Of a stretch of 64,000 nucleotides of DNA, positions 1 through 10,104 are shown one piece after another. The translations under genes were made by a program, and so were the position numbers. The DNA comes from Candidatus Omnitrophota bacterium (lineage in GTDB: Bacteria; Omnitrophota; Gorgyraeia; Zapsychrales; Zapsychraceae). Where the stretch lies: assembly GCA_015233195.1 (NCBI GenBank), contig JADFYE010000010.1, positions 9,869-73,868 on the forward strand, read 5' to 3'. Under the pieces are notes generated by a model. That model had not been told where the DNA came from. It did no database searches and saw only the letters and a program-made list of their open reading frames with translations. Numbering within the stretch: position 1 is the stretch's first letter; each line of letters opens with the position of its first letter.

Positions 1-175
1 ACCACCTTTATCACATTTATCACTTTTCTAAAAAATTTCCCTAAAATCCTATTGCATTAGTCTATGTCCAGTGCTATAGTCGAAATAGCCACGGAGACTT
101 TTAAATTTGTAAAGTTAATGTGGCTTTTTTGTAAAGTTATATTAACTCGAACCATTGATTGAGGGGGGTCATGAC

Positions 176-592
176 ATGGACAGAGAAAAACAACAGACAA
201 GCAGTGTCCGCGAATCCGACGACCGCTATTTACCGCGCTGGGAAGTCGAGAATAAAGTACTTTTTCAACTCGACGACAGTATAGGTATACATGAGGCCGC
301 TACTAAAGATTTAAATTGCTCCGGTGCTTGTATACGCTCAGACAGCGATTTTCATGCAGACCAAAAAGTAAAACTTACCATATATCTCGATGATAATACT
401 CCGGTAACTGTACACGGTAATATCCGCTGGATAAAAAATTCAAACCGTAACCGGGTAAATGAAAAAGAAATTGGGATAAGTTTTTACAACACTCCAGAAT
501 CAGCTCAAGATCTGATATTGCAATACGCTTTTGAATTAAATGAAAGAAAATTGGCTAATTATTGGTTCAAAGATTGGCCGAGTGACAAATAA
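176..592 (+). CDS. PilZ-domain-like protein
   Basis: The track ORF 155..592 starts at TTG. The ATG at 176 follows a GAGGGGGG SD. Arg-rich 'DDRYLPRWEV' followed by 'DLNCSGACIRS' resembles the two PilZ c-di-GMP motifs. Confidence 0.55.
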   Translation: MDREKQQTSSVRESDDRYLPRWEVENKVLFQLDDSIGIHEAATKDLNCSGACIRSDSDFHADQKVKLTIYLDDNTPVTVHGNIRWIKNSNRNRVNEKEIGISFYNTPESAQDLILQYAFELNERKLANYWFKDWPSDK

Positions 593-1373
593 CATCCAGC
601 TCCCCTGCTATTTTAATGTATTGTCCAAGACTTAAACTTTCCGCTCTATCTTGCGAATCAATCCCTAACTTCACAAATATTTTTTCTAAACTTGCCTTAT
701 CCGCAAAACCATTCAAAGAATTAAGAATAGTTTTTCGCCGCTGCTGAAAAGCTGTTCTTATAATCATAAATAATCTTTCTTCTATGTGAAATTCTTGAGG
801 AAGTTTTTTAAACAAGTCATACTTTATAAAACATGATTGAACTTTAGGCATAGGTTGAAAAGCTCCCCGCCCGATTTTAAATAATATTTCAGGCAAACCA
901 TAATACTGAACAAAACAACTGAAAGACCCATAAGTTTTATTTCCTGGCACCGCGCACATTCTTTGCCCATATTCCAACTGTACCATCATAAAAAACTGAT
1001 TAAATTTTCTTCGATGCGCTATGACTTTTTCAATTATAGGCGTGGCAATATTGTATGGAAGATTACTTATGAGCTTGATGTTATCCGGTAGTTTTTCAAA
1101 ATCAAATTTTAATATGTCTTCTGAAAACACCGTTATATTTGTGCCTGTGAATTTTTCATGAAGATATTTAGCCAATGTATGGTCAGCTTCTACCGCCAAT
1201 ACTTGTTTGACTCTCGAGGCGATCCCTTCAGTTATAGCCCCTTTACCTGGTCCAATTTCTAAAACCACATCATCTTTTTTAAGATCACAAACTTCAATTA
1301 TTTTTTTAATAATGGCAGAATTGGTCAGAAAATTTTGCCCTAAGGATTTTTTTGCTCTATGATTTTGTATCAT
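567..1373 (-). CDS. rsmA: 16S rRNA (adenine1518/1519-N6)-dimethyltransferase
   Basis: 'SLGQNFL', SAM motif 'EIGPGKGAIT' and 'NLPYNIATP'. 268 aa. Conserved surA-pdxA-ksgA synteny. Confidence 0.93.
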   Translation of the reverse strand: MIQNHRAKKSLGQNFLTNSAIIKKIIEVCDLKKDDVVLEIGPGKGAITEGIASRVKQVLAVEADHTLAKYLHEKFTGTNITVFSEDILKFDFEKLPDNIKLISNLPYNIATPIIEKVIAHRRKFNQFFMMVQLEYGQRMCAVPGNKTYGSFSCFVQYYGLPEILFKIGRGAFQPMPKVQSCFIKYDLFKKLPQEFHIEERLFMIIRTAFQQRRKTILNSLNGFADKASLEKIFVKLGIDSQDRAESLSLGQYIKIAGELDVICHSANL

Positions 1374-2242
1374 GCGGATAACTCAAAAGCTAATTTTATG
1401 GCTTCAATCATAGACGATGGATCAGCGACATTTTTTCCAGCAATTCCAAACGCAGTACCATGAGCAGTTGAAGTTCGTATAAACGGAAGCCCAATAGTCA
1501 CATTAACTAAATTAGGAAAAAATAAAGCTTTTATAGGACCTAACCCTTGGTCATGATACATCGAAATAATTGCATCATATTTTTCCCCATTTACAGGAAC
1601 AAACAAGGTATCTGCTGCAAATGGACCATATATTTTCATTTTGCGGTCTTGCGCGGCATCTACAGCTTTTGATACTACTTCTTTCTCTTCCATTCCAATC
1701 TTGCCACCTTCACCAGCGTGAGGATTCAAACCACATACCGCGATCTTAGGCTTTTTTATCTTAAACATTTTTTGCAAAACACTATGCGTAAGCTCTATAG
1801 TCTGACTTAACCCTTTTACCGTAATCGCTGACGACACCTGGTTAAGCGGAATATGCCGAGTAGCTATTATCACCTTCCATTTTCCAGCCACGAATAACAT
1901 TTCTACATTTTTAACGTTAAACGCTTCTGCTAAATATTCCGTATGCCCATGAAAACCCGGACAACTCAAAGAAACTAATTCTTTACTCAAAGGTCCGGTT
2001 ACCAAAGCATCAATCTTTTTCTGCTTAATTAACTCGATACCGGTATTCAAATATTCCAAGGAAGCTTTTCCGCTCTGGGCTGAAGGCTTTCCTAATTTCC
2101 ATTTTAAATCATCGCCTATAATAACAAACTTGCCTAGTTTTTTTATATCCGGTCGGCGCAATGCTTTTGCAATTATTTCAGGACCCACACCACAAGGATC
2201 TCCCAGCGTAATACCTATAACTTTATTTTTTAATCTCGACAT
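1370..2242 (-). CDS. pdxA: 4-hydroxythreonine-4-phosphate dehydrogenase
   Basis: 'GDPCGVGPEI', 'HGHTEYLA', 'NPHAGEGG', 'MYHDQGL' and 'IRTSTAHGTAFGIAGK'. Confidence 0.92.
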   Translation of the reverse strand: MSRLKNKVIGITLGDPCGVGPEIIAKALRRPDIKKLGKFVIIGDDLKWKLGKPSAQSGKASLEYLNTGIELIKQKKIDALVTGPLSKELVSLSCPGFHGHTEYLAEAFNVKNVEMLFVAGKWKVIIATRHIPLNQVSSAITVKGLSQTIELTHSVLQKMFKIKKPKIAVCGLNPHAGEGGKIGMEEKEVVSKAVDAAQDRKMKIYGPFAADTLFVPVNGEKYDAIISMYHDQGLGPIKALFFPNLVNVTIGLPFIRTSTAHGTAFGIAGKNVADPSSMIEAIKLAFELSA

Positions 2243-3158
2243 AAGTTTCCGATTTTAATTTACTTAACCACTTATCAAACTTCTCTTTAAATTTATTCCT
2301 ATACACAACTTCCGAGACAAAATTCTTAACCTCTTCAAAGGTCGCTTCTTTTTCCGGAGTATGCCCTAATAATTTAAAAATAAAATATCCAGTAGTTACT
2401 TCAAAAATATCTGAAACTTCATCGGTTTTTAAAGACGCTATCTTTTTTTCTATATCATCTCTTAATTGCCCCTTTTCTACTTTACCTAAAGATGGGGTAT
2501 CCGAATAATCCATAGCAACTTTTTTAAAATCATCGCCCTTTTTAATTTTCTCCAACGCAGTTGCTATCTTAGCGTGTGCCGCTAACTTATTAGAACCAAA
2601 AGCAACATATATCGACTCTAAACTAAAAGATTCTTTAAGTTTAAATTCATTTTTATTTGCTAAATAAAAATCTTCAGCTTCTTTTGGGTTTATATTAATT
2701 TTAGAACGGATCTCTTGATCGATAATATATTTTATTTTTAACTGATCACGAATTTTATTCCGCAAATCAGTTATAGTGGCTCCGTTGCTTACCAAATCAT
2801 TCATAAAATCCACTTCAGAGGTATACTGTGCTTTTAATTGATTTACCCTCGCATCAACCGCAGATTCACGGATTTCCATTTTTAAGTTATTAGCATAACT
2901 AAGAATTATTTTATCCTCGATCATTTTCTCTACGCCATTAACCTCTAAATCCTTCATAATAGCGTCGATCTGTCTCGGGTCAACCCCATCTGCGACCAAA
3001 CTAACATAAGTAGAATGCAAGTAATCTTTAAGATCTTTAAGCGTGATCAATTCTTTATTGACCACTGCCACAATAGCGTCATCAAATGCCTGCACGCTAA
3101 TTATAAAAAAACCGCCGAATAGAATTAAACAAATTAAAAAACATTTTATAAATTTCAT
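2223..3158 (-). CDS. SurA-like periplasmic chaperone / PpiC-type peptidyl-prolyl isomerase
   Basis: N-terminal signal/TM segment and a SurA_N-like helical region. Parvulin-like segment 'GDDFKKVAMDYSDTPS..GKVEKGQL'. Lies upstream of pdxA as in the surA-pdxA-ksgA cluster. Confidence 0.75.
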   Translation of the reverse strand: MKFIKCFLICLILFGGFFIISVQAFDDAIVAVVNKELITLKDLKDYLHSTYVSLVADGVDPRQIDAIMKDLEVNGVEKMIEDKIILSYANNLKMEIRESAVDARVNQLKAQYTSEVDFMNDLVSNGATITDLRNKIRDQLKIKYIIDQEIRSKININPKEAEDFYLANKNEFKLKESFSLESIYVAFGSNKLAAHAKIATALEKIKKGDDFKKVAMDYSDTPSLGKVEKGQLRDDIEKKIASLKTDEVSDIFEVTTGYFIFKLLGHTPEKEATFEEVKNFVSEVVYRNKFKEKFDKWLSKLKSETYVEIKK

Positions 3159-3195
3159 AAAAATCCTTTTTGTATTTTAATGATATTTAAATTTT

Positions 3196-3228
3196 TATAT
3201 GGGCACGAAGTATCGTGCCCCTACGCAT
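3196..3228. repeat. GGGCAC hairpin repeat, copy 1 (gggcacga-agta-tcgtgccc + ctacg)
   Basis: 8-bp perfect stem at 3201-3220. Near-identical copies at 18682-18714 and 48587-48618. Confidence 0.85.
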
Positions 3229-3249
3229 ATCAATACTCTATACTATTTA

Positions 3250-5136
3250 CTAAGCAATTTTAACGTTTTTTTTCAAGTTCTCAACGGATTCTTTTAATAA
3301 ACGACAATACAGATCAAACCCTATACTTGCGATATAACCATGCTGTTCCTGTCCTAAAAGATTACCTGCCCCACGCAATTGCATATCCTCAAACGCGATT
3401 TTAAAACCAGCACCCAGCTCGCAATATTTTTCAATTGCTTCAATCCTCGCTTCAGCTTCCTGACTCAGTGATCGATGTGGCGGAATCAGAAAATAAGCAT
3501 ACGCTTCTCTAGTAAACCGCCCGACCCTGCCGCGCAATTGATGCAAATCCGCTAAACCAAAATGATCAGCGCGGTTAATTATCAAAGTATTAGCATTAGG
3601 AATATCAATACCAGACTCAATGATTGTGGTCGAGATTAAAACATCAACCGAACCTTCCAGCACCTGAATCATAATATGCTCAAGTTCTTTAGCAGACATT
3701 TGACCATGCCCAATAGCTATTCTCGCTTGCGGAACTAAACGTTTAATAATCGCTCCAATATGACTAATATCTTCGACACGGTTATGTATAAAGAACACTT
3801 GACCATGCCGCTTCACTTCCCGCTCGATCGCCTCTTTTATCAGATCCTCGTCGAATTCTTTAACAAAAGTTTTTACCGGTAACCTTTGCTGCGGCGGCGT
3901 ACTGATTACTGACATATCCCTCGCCCCAACCAAAGACATATGCAAAGTGCGCGGTATAGGCGTCGCGCTCATTGTTAAAACATCTGCCAACAAACGAAAA
4001 TGTTTTAATTTTTCTTTTGCCTTAACCCCAAACCGCTGTTCCTCATCAATAATAATCAGCCCTAAATCTTTAAACGAAATATCTTTTGATAAAAGCCGAT
4101 GCGTTCCAATTACCAAATCCACTTTACCATCCGCGAGGTCAACCACAATTTTTTGTTGTTCAGCTTTTGTTTTAAACCGGCTTAACATTGCTACCTTAAC
4201 CGGAAAATTATCCATGCGTCTTGTAAAATTGTAATAATGCTGTTCTGCCAAAATCGTAGTCGGAACCAACACTGCCACTTGTTTATGGTCCATAACTGCT
4301 TTAAATACCGCGCGCATCGCCACTTCAGTTTTACCAAACCCTACGTCGCCGCACAATAAACGATCCATTGGATAAATGGATTCCATATCACGCTTAACAT
4401 CTTCAATCGCCTTGATTTGATCTAAAGTTTCTTCAAAAGGAAACCCCTTTTCAAATTCTTTTTGCCAATCAGTATCAACGCTAAATGCATGTCCACGTAA
4501 ACTCGCCCGTACTGCCTGAGTATGCAACAACTCTGCAGCCATACGCTGCAATCTTTTTTGAATTTGCTGTTTAACCCTTTTCCATTCTGGACTGCCTAAC
4601 TTATAAACTCGAGGAGGACGCTTAGTAAAACTTACATACTTTTGTATCAAGTGGATATCATGTTTAGGCACAAACAATTTATCCCCGCCCTGATACTCAA
4701 TAACAAAATGTTCTTTTACTTCTTTCTGAACCTCAATGGTTTGTAGCCCAATAAACTTACCAATACCATGATAATTATGGACTACATAATCACCCTGCTG
4801 TATATCAACAAAATTATTTAAAGGAATATCTTCAGAAAATACGACCTTCTTATCAGTCCGTGCATGCGGTAAGACCATTACTATCTTATGTTCCCAAATA
4901 GCTTTACCAGAACGGATATTAACACTCGCGATGCGGGAAATTTTTTCATCATCAAAATCAATGCGGATGGGACCGTCAAAATTCACAGGATATATTTCAA
5001 TGATCTCTCCCCTGTGGGCATACTCTCCCTCTTGCAAAGCGTGACGGACGTTTTGATATTTTAATGCGGATAAATTGTTCAAGACCACATCTAAAGCTAT
5101 GGTCTGACCAACAAATAACTCAAGCGACTGGAACAT
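3250..5136 (-). CDS. mfd: transcription-repair coupling factor, compact form (628 aa)
   Basis: CarD/RID-like 'GDYVVHNYHGIGKFIGL..DKLFVP'. Helicase motifs 'GDVGFGKTEVA', 'DEEQRFG', 'SATPIPRT' and 'QLRGRVGR'. TRG-like 'FEDMQLRGAGNLLGQEQHG'. Confidence 0.88.
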   Translation of the reverse strand: MFQSLELFVGQTIALDVVLNNLSALKYQNVRHALQEGEYAHRGEIIEIYPVNFDGPIRIDFDDEKISRIASVNIRSGKAIWEHKIVMVLPHARTDKKVVFSEDIPLNNFVDIQQGDYVVHNYHGIGKFIGLQTIEVQKEVKEHFVIEYQGGDKLFVPKHDIHLIQKYVSFTKRPPRVYKLGSPEWKRVKQQIQKRLQRMAAELLHTQAVRASLRGHAFSVDTDWQKEFEKGFPFEETLDQIKAIEDVKRDMESIYPMDRLLCGDVGFGKTEVAMRAVFKAVMDHKQVAVLVPTTILAEQHYYNFTRRMDNFPVKVAMLSRFKTKAEQQKIVVDLADGKVDLVIGTHRLLSKDISFKDLGLIIIDEEQRFGVKAKEKLKHFRLLADVLTMSATPIPRTLHMSLVGARDMSVISTPPQQRLPVKTFVKEFDEDLIKEAIEREVKRHGQVFFIHNRVEDISHIGAIIKRLVPQARIAIGHGQMSAKELEHIMIQVLEGSVDVLISTTIIESGIDIPNANTLIINRADHFGLADLHQLRGRVGRFTREAYAYFLIPPHRSLSQEAEARIEAIEKYCELGAGFKIAFEDMQLRGAGNLLGQEQHGYIASIGFDLYCRLLKESVENLKKNVKIA

Positions 5137-5142
5137 ATGTTT

Positions 5143-5184
5143 ATAAAAAAGGACAGCGCCCTAGTTAAAAATAGGACGCTGTCT
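5143..5184 (-). terminator. hairpin plus U-run downstream of secDF
   Basis: Minus strand reads gacagcg(t)ccta..tagg(g)cgctgtc followed by cttttttat. It ends only about 6 nt before the mfd ATG, so it may attenuate rather than terminate. Confidence 0.55.
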
Positions 5185-5198
5185 CTTCTTTAAAAAAA

Positions 5199-7412
5199 TT
5201 ATTTCTTCTTTTTTGCAGTATAATCTTCCCAAGCTATAACAATCGAAGATGCCACGAAAATGCTGGAATAAGTACCAAATATAAAACCTACCAATAAACA
5301 AAAAGCGAAAGAATTTAAAACTTCCCCGCCTTTAAAAAACAATGCCAAAACTACTAACGTAGTTGCAACTGATGTCAAAATCGTCCGGCTCAAGGTTTCA
5401 TTAACGCTGACATTAACTAACTGCGCTAAAGGCATTTTTTGTTTCTTAACCATGTTCTCCCGAATACGATCATAGACCACAATAGTATCATTGATCGAAT
5501 AACCTGCAATGGTCATAAGCGCGGTAACGACCAAAAGATCGATCTGGCGACCGCTCATCAACAACACCCCAAATGCCACGATAACGTCGTGGAACAAAGC
5601 AATAACACCGGCTGTAGCAAAATCAAAATGTTTAAATCTAAACCCGATGTAAATCAGAATGCCGACCATGGCAAGGACTATCGCCCAGACTGCAGCTTGA
5701 CGTAAAGCTTTACCAACTACTGGTCCAACTTTTTCAATACGCATAACTTCAAATTTATTATCACTGAAATCTTTTTTAAATATTCCTGACACTAAATTAA
5801 AAGTATCATCAGCAGTACGGATCATGACTGTTTCCGGATTCTTAGCAAATTGCTGAATTACCGCATCCTTAATATTAGCGTCTTTCAATGCTTTACGTAC
5901 CTGATCCGCATTCACTGCTTTTTCAAAACGATATTGCTGGATCTGTCCACCTGAAAAATCAATACCATAAGCAGCGTCACCTTTTTTGAATAACACGACC
6001 AGACTGGTTATAACCAATATGGCGGAAAAACAAATCATAATATAACGAAGCCCGACGAAATTAAAATTCGTATGCTTGAAAAAATTACGCATTTTCAAAG
6101 CTTTGATCCAACCGTTTTCCAAAGCCAAAGAGAATAAATCGCGGCTGACCAAAACTGAAGTGAACAAACTTGCAGCCAACCCGATCGACAAAGTAACTGC
6201 GAAACCTTTGATTGGTCCAGAACCGAACTGGAATAACATAAAAGCAGCAATAAAATTAGTAACGTGAGTATCAATGATGGTCGTCAAAGCGCGTTTAAAC
6301 CCCGCAGTAATCGCGGCGGGTAAAGGTCTGCCATTACTAATCTCCTCGCGAATACGTTCGTTAATAAGGATATTACCGTCAACTGCCATACCTAAAGTCA
6401 AAATAACACCAGCTATACCAGGTAAAGTTAAAGTTAATGGCGAGCCTGGCATTAATTTATTAACTAAACCCATAATCCCAAATAACATTACCAAATTTAT
6501 CAATAAAGCAATGTTAGCAATGATACCTGATTCCCAATAATAAAATAACATGAACAAAAATACTAAAACCCCGCCGATAACTGTAGCAGTGATCCCGTCA
6601 CGAATCGAATCTTTTCCAAGTAAAGGTCCGATAGTGCGTTCTTCTTCGATTTTCATAGGCGCTGGTAAAGCACCAGAACGAAGCGCTAAACTCAAAACTG
6701 ACGCTTCTTCAAAAGTAAAATTACCAGATATACTGGCAGTCCCGCCTAATATCGCTTCTTTAATATTAGGAGCTGAAAGAACTTCACCGTCCATAACAAT
6801 TGCTAATCTGCGGTTAACATTATTCTGAGTCAATATTCCGAAATTCTTTGCGCCTTCAGCATTAAATTTAAGCGAGATACTCGGCTGTCCAAAACTTTGT
6901 GAATTATAATCAACCCTGGCATCAGCTACAGTGTCGCCTTTTAAAGCTACAGCTTTATCTATCAAAACTGGAGGAGCTCCGCCTTCTTTTTTAACATACT
7001 TAATTTCATAACCTTCAGGGATGTTACCTTTTAATGCGTCACTTACTTTGGTAGGATCATCATTTACCAAATGAAATTCCAATTGCGCTACCCGTCCAAT
7101 AATTGATAAAGCTTTTTCACGGTCAGTTACGCCAGGCAACTGAACTAATATTTCATCTTCGCCCTGTCTTTGAATAACTGTTTCACCAACTCCCATACCA
7201 TCAATACGATTACGCAAAATTTCAATCGCCCGTAACACTGCGTCATTTTTTGCATTACCCTCTATCTTAGTAGTATCGACCTGCAAAACTAAATGCATAC
7301 CACCTTTAAGGTCTAAACCTAAGTTAATATGATCTTTTATCGGGAAAGTAAACAATAAAGATACAACAATTATGGCGCCTACCCATAAAAGCCGAACACG
7401 TAAATTCTTCAT
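5199..7412 (-). CDS. secDF: protein translocase subunit SecDF (fused)
   Basis: 737 aa. SecD-like periplasmic domain plus two 6-TM SecD/SecF modules ('GLDLKGGMHLVLQV', 'GIDFSGG', 'DTIVVYDRIREN'). Confidence 0.92.
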   Translation of the reverse strand: MKNLRVRLLWVGAIIVVSLLFTFPIKDHINLGLDLKGGMHLVLQVDTTKIEGNAKNDAVLRAIEILRNRIDGMGVGETVIQRQGEDEILVQLPGVTDREKALSIIGRVAQLEFHLVNDDPTKVSDALKGNIPEGYEIKYVKKEGGAPPVLIDKAVALKGDTVADARVDYNSQSFGQPSISLKFNAEGAKNFGILTQNNVNRRLAIVMDGEVLSAPNIKEAILGGTASISGNFTFEEASVLSLALRSGALPAPMKIEEERTIGPLLGKDSIRDGITATVIGGVLVFLFMLFYYWESGIIANIALLINLVMLFGIMGLVNKLMPGSPLTLTLPGIAGVILTLGMAVDGNILINERIREEISNGRPLPAAITAGFKRALTTIIDTHVTNFIAAFMLFQFGSGPIKGFAVTLSIGLAASLFTSVLVSRDLFSLALENGWIKALKMRNFFKHTNFNFVGLRYIMICFSAILVITSLVVLFKKGDAAYGIDFSGGQIQQYRFEKAVNADQVRKALKDANIKDAVIQQFAKNPETVMIRTADDTFNLVSGIFKKDFSDNKFEVMRIEKVGPVVGKALRQAAVWAIVLAMVGILIYIGFRFKHFDFATAGVIALFHDVIVAFGVLLMSGRQIDLLVVTALMTIAGYSINDTIVVYDRIRENMVKKQKMPLAQLVNVSVNETLSRTILTSVATTLVVLALFFKGGEVLNSFAFCLLVGFIFGTYSSIFVASSIVIAWEDYTAKKKK

Positions 7413-7429
7413 ATTAAAACTCCTTTTGC

Positions 7430-7708
7430 CTATTTCTTAACTACACTAATTATTGCTTCTTTTTCAAATTCGATTTTTACTTTTTCATCCACCCTAAGCA
7501 CCACCGTCTTATCCTTGATCAAAGTTACAACGCCGTGAATACCAGACGAAGTAATGACCTCATCATCTTTTTGCAAATTTTTACGACGAGCTTCTAATTC
7601 TTTTTGTTGTTTATTCTGCGGACGGATCACCAAAAAATAAAATATAAAAAACACAACTACAAACGGGAACATCTGTATTAAAGCATTTCCTGCAGGTTGA
7701 GTAGGCAT
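7430..7708 (-). CDS. yajC: preprotein translocase subunit YajC
   Basis: 92 aa with a single TM. 'RPQNKQQKE' and 'GDEVITSSGIHGVV' are YajC signatures. Adjacent to secDF. Confidence 0.88.
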   Translation of the reverse strand: MPTQPAGNALIQMFPFVVVFFIFYFLVIRPQNKQQKELEARRKNLQKDDEVITSSGIHGVVTLIKDKTVVLRVDEKVKIEFEKEAIISVVKK

Positions 7709-7742
7709 AACTGCTCCTTAATAAAACAAATTTAGTACTGTC

Positions 7743-8000
7743 TTACGCTGCGACAGCTTTTTTATTTTTGTTGACCAGGGCTTTAACAGTATTCGTCATT
7801 CTAGCACCCTTTTTAAGCCATTTTTCAATCTTTTCATGACGAATAAGAACTTCTGCCGGCTTCTTGGTTGGATTATAATGCCCGAGGATTTCTAAATTTT
7901 TTGAATCACGGCTCTGATTCTTGCTCATTGCCACGATACGAAAACAATTAGATAATTTTGTGATTTTACCGATTTTTTGTAAACGAATACTTACTTCCAT
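7743..8000 (-). CDS. rpsP: 30S ribosomal protein S16
   Basis: 'IRLQKIGK...FRIVAM..SRDSK.LEILGHYNP' matches the S16 N-terminal pattern. AGGAGA SD. Confidence 0.9.
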   Translation of the reverse strand: MEVSIRLQKIGKITKLSNCFRIVAMSKNQSRDSKNLEILGHYNPTKKPAEVLIRHEKIEKWLKKGARMTNTVKALVNKNKKAVAA

Positions 8001-8047
8001 TAACTATTTCTCCTGTTTAATTTATATTGGTGATAAATAAGGTCTAA

Positions 8048-8076
8048 ATAATATATTATATATAAGCCATTGTCAA
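8048..8076 (-). promoter_or_regulatory. sigma70-like promoter for rpsP
   Basis: Minus strand TTGACA (8076-8071), 17-nt spacer, TATTAT (8053-8048). Confidence 0.55.
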
Positions 8077-10100
8077 TTTTTAATTTTTAACGTTTTTACT
8101 TTCTTCATTAAATCCAGTAATTCCGAATTATTCGGGTTCATTTTCAAGCCCTGATCAATAGCTTTTAAAGCTTCATCAAAATTGCCAATATGACCCATTA
8201 ATTTACCTATACCAACATAAGCAGGTACAAACGAAGCATCGACTTTAAGTGCTTTATAATAAAAATCAAAAGCTGGCATTAGCATTTTATGAAAAGCACA
8301 AATATTACCAGCTTTTACTAAAATATCTTTATCCGCAGATTCTTTACTTAGTTTCTCAATCCAAAAATTAATTTTATCCTGCTCATGATTTAAAAAAACC
8401 ATACGAAATATATCAAATTTTATATTTTCATCAGTGGGTTCTATTTCTGAAGCCTTTTCATAAAATTTTTGCGCATTAATAAAATCTTTATTTTTTTCAT
8501 AAGCAAGCGCTAAATTCATAGCCAATATTTTATTTTGCTGACCTAATGCATAAGCCCTGAAAAATTCTTTCACAGCTTCTTCAAATTTACCAGATTCACT
8601 ATAAGCATTAGCAAGATTATTCAAGATATCAGGCTGATTAGGAGACAACTCCAAAGCTTTTTTAAAATATTCAACCGCTAAGTTTAAATTGTTTTCTTTC
8701 GCAGCTAATACTCCTAAATTAGATAAATCTTTCCATCGATCAGATAATTTTACCTTAGCAGCCTTTTGAAATAAATCCTGAGCTTTAGAATAATTTTTTT
8801 CTTTAAAATAGGCTGCAGCCTGAAACGAATCTATTAGCTTAAATTTAGCAGTTGCAATTGTATTTCTCCAAAAATCACAATATACAACTTCATCACCCCA
8901 TATAGCATTCATAACAATGGACTGAGTTATTAATGCAAATATTATGCTTAATATCAAGCCGCCAACTAATATTTTTGAATATCGTCTAAACAAATACAAC
9001 AAAACCCAAGCTACAAAAACAAAAAAACCTATAGAATTAAAACAAAACCAATGCGGTTCCGTAACAATACCAAAACTACTGAATGATAAAGAAGCTAAAC
9101 CCGCAATAACAATTCCAAAAATAAAAACTACTGACAAAACCGCATATATTCTTTTATCATTAACTATAAATTTAAAAATAACTAAACATGCAATTAAAAT
9201 AAAAACCAATAAAACACTTATCAATAACCAAATATCTTGCTTTACTACATCCGTCGCCCATATCAATACAACACCTTTAGGATCCAACAACTGCCCCAAA
9301 TACCAAAACCACGCCTTCGATACAGAAGCTAACCACTGATACGGCGATATACCCATATTCTTATACGAACCTAATATCGAACCGCCTACGTTTGAAAATT
9401 TAGCCCGGAATAATAAAAGTATGCCTAATATTAAAAATAAAACAACCGTGTATTTTATGGTTTGTCGAATAGATAAACGATGAGCGATTAAACAAAGACC
9501 TGCCGCATAGAAAGGTAAAAAATATGCAGTTTCATGACATAAACAAGAAATTAAATACAACAACCCTGCACCTAATATTGAAACACGTTTTATGAATTTA
9601 TCAGAAGTTAATATGCTGCGATGGATTAACCATAAAGAAACTACCATTAATATAAACTGCAATATAAGAACATTAGCAGTTATATAATTCACAAAAATTC
9701 CGTTAATCGGATGGATACAAAACAAAACCGTGCTCAAAACTGCAAGCCAATAATCTTTGAGCAAATCAAATAAAAAAAAGAATATAAAAACACAGAGAAG
9801 AAAAAACAGCAGACAGTTTGTTATATGGTAACCTAGCGGATTATATTGAAACGCATTAAAATATAAAACCTGCATCACACTTCTAATCGGACGAAAATGA
9901 GCAGAAACATTATCCTCTGATAACCCATTCCCCGACGAAAAAGCAAAAAATAAATTCTTTATATTATGTGTGTTGTAATTCGAAACAAAATGATTCGCGT
10001 CATCCATCATGAACGCATTATTTAAACTATTAAAATAAGTCAAGAACACTAAAAAAAATAATACCACTAAAAAAAATATTTTATTTTTAGTTTCGATCAT
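8073..10100 (-). CDS. GT-C (PMT/TMTC-like) membrane glycosyltransferase with C-terminal TPR domain, paralog 1
   Basis: About 400 aa polytopic N-terminus with a loop-1 'MMDD' acidic motif, 'HPINGIFVNYITANV' and 'CHETAYFLPFY'. C-terminal TPR repeats. Confidence 0.7.
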   Translation of the reverse strand: MIETKNKIFFLVVLFFLVFLTYFNSLNNAFMMDDANHFVSNYNTHNIKNLFFAFSSGNGLSEDNVSAHFRPIRSVMQVLYFNAFQYNPLGYHITNCLLFFLLCVFIFFFLFDLLKDYWLAVLSTVLFCIHPINGIFVNYITANVLILQFILMVVSLWLIHRSILTSDKFIKRVSILGAGLLYLISCLCHETAYFLPFYAAGLCLIAHRLSIRQTIKYTVVLFLILGILLLFRAKFSNVGGSILGSYKNMGISPYQWLASVSKAWFWYLGQLLDPKGVVLIWATDVVKQDIWLLISVLLVFILIACLVIFKFIVNDKRIYAVLSVVFIFGIVIAGLASLSFSSFGIVTEPHWFCFNSIGFFVFVAWVLLYLFRRYSKILVGGLILSIIFALITQSIVMNAIWGDEVVYCDFWRNTIATAKFKLIDSFQAAAYFKEKNYSKAQDLFQKAAKVKLSDRWKDLSNLGVLAAKENNLNLAVEYFKKALELSPNQPDILNNLANAYSESGKFEEAVKEFFRAYALGQQNKILAMNLALAYEKNKDFINAQKFYEKASEIEPTDENIKFDIFRMVFLNHEQDKINFWIEKLSKESADKDILVKAGNICAFHKMLMPAFDFYYKALKVDASFVPAYVGIGKLMGHIGNFDEALKAIDQGLKMNPNNSELLDLMKKVKTLKIKN

Positions 10101-10104
10101 TAAA

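Noticed and set aside
3201-3220. GGGCAC hairpins as Rho-independent terminators.
   Set aside because: On the transcribed (minus) strand the stem is followed by an A-rich tract (AAAUAAAA or AUAUAAAA), not by a U-run. On the plus strand the U-run is also absent. They are kept as a repeat family of unknown role.
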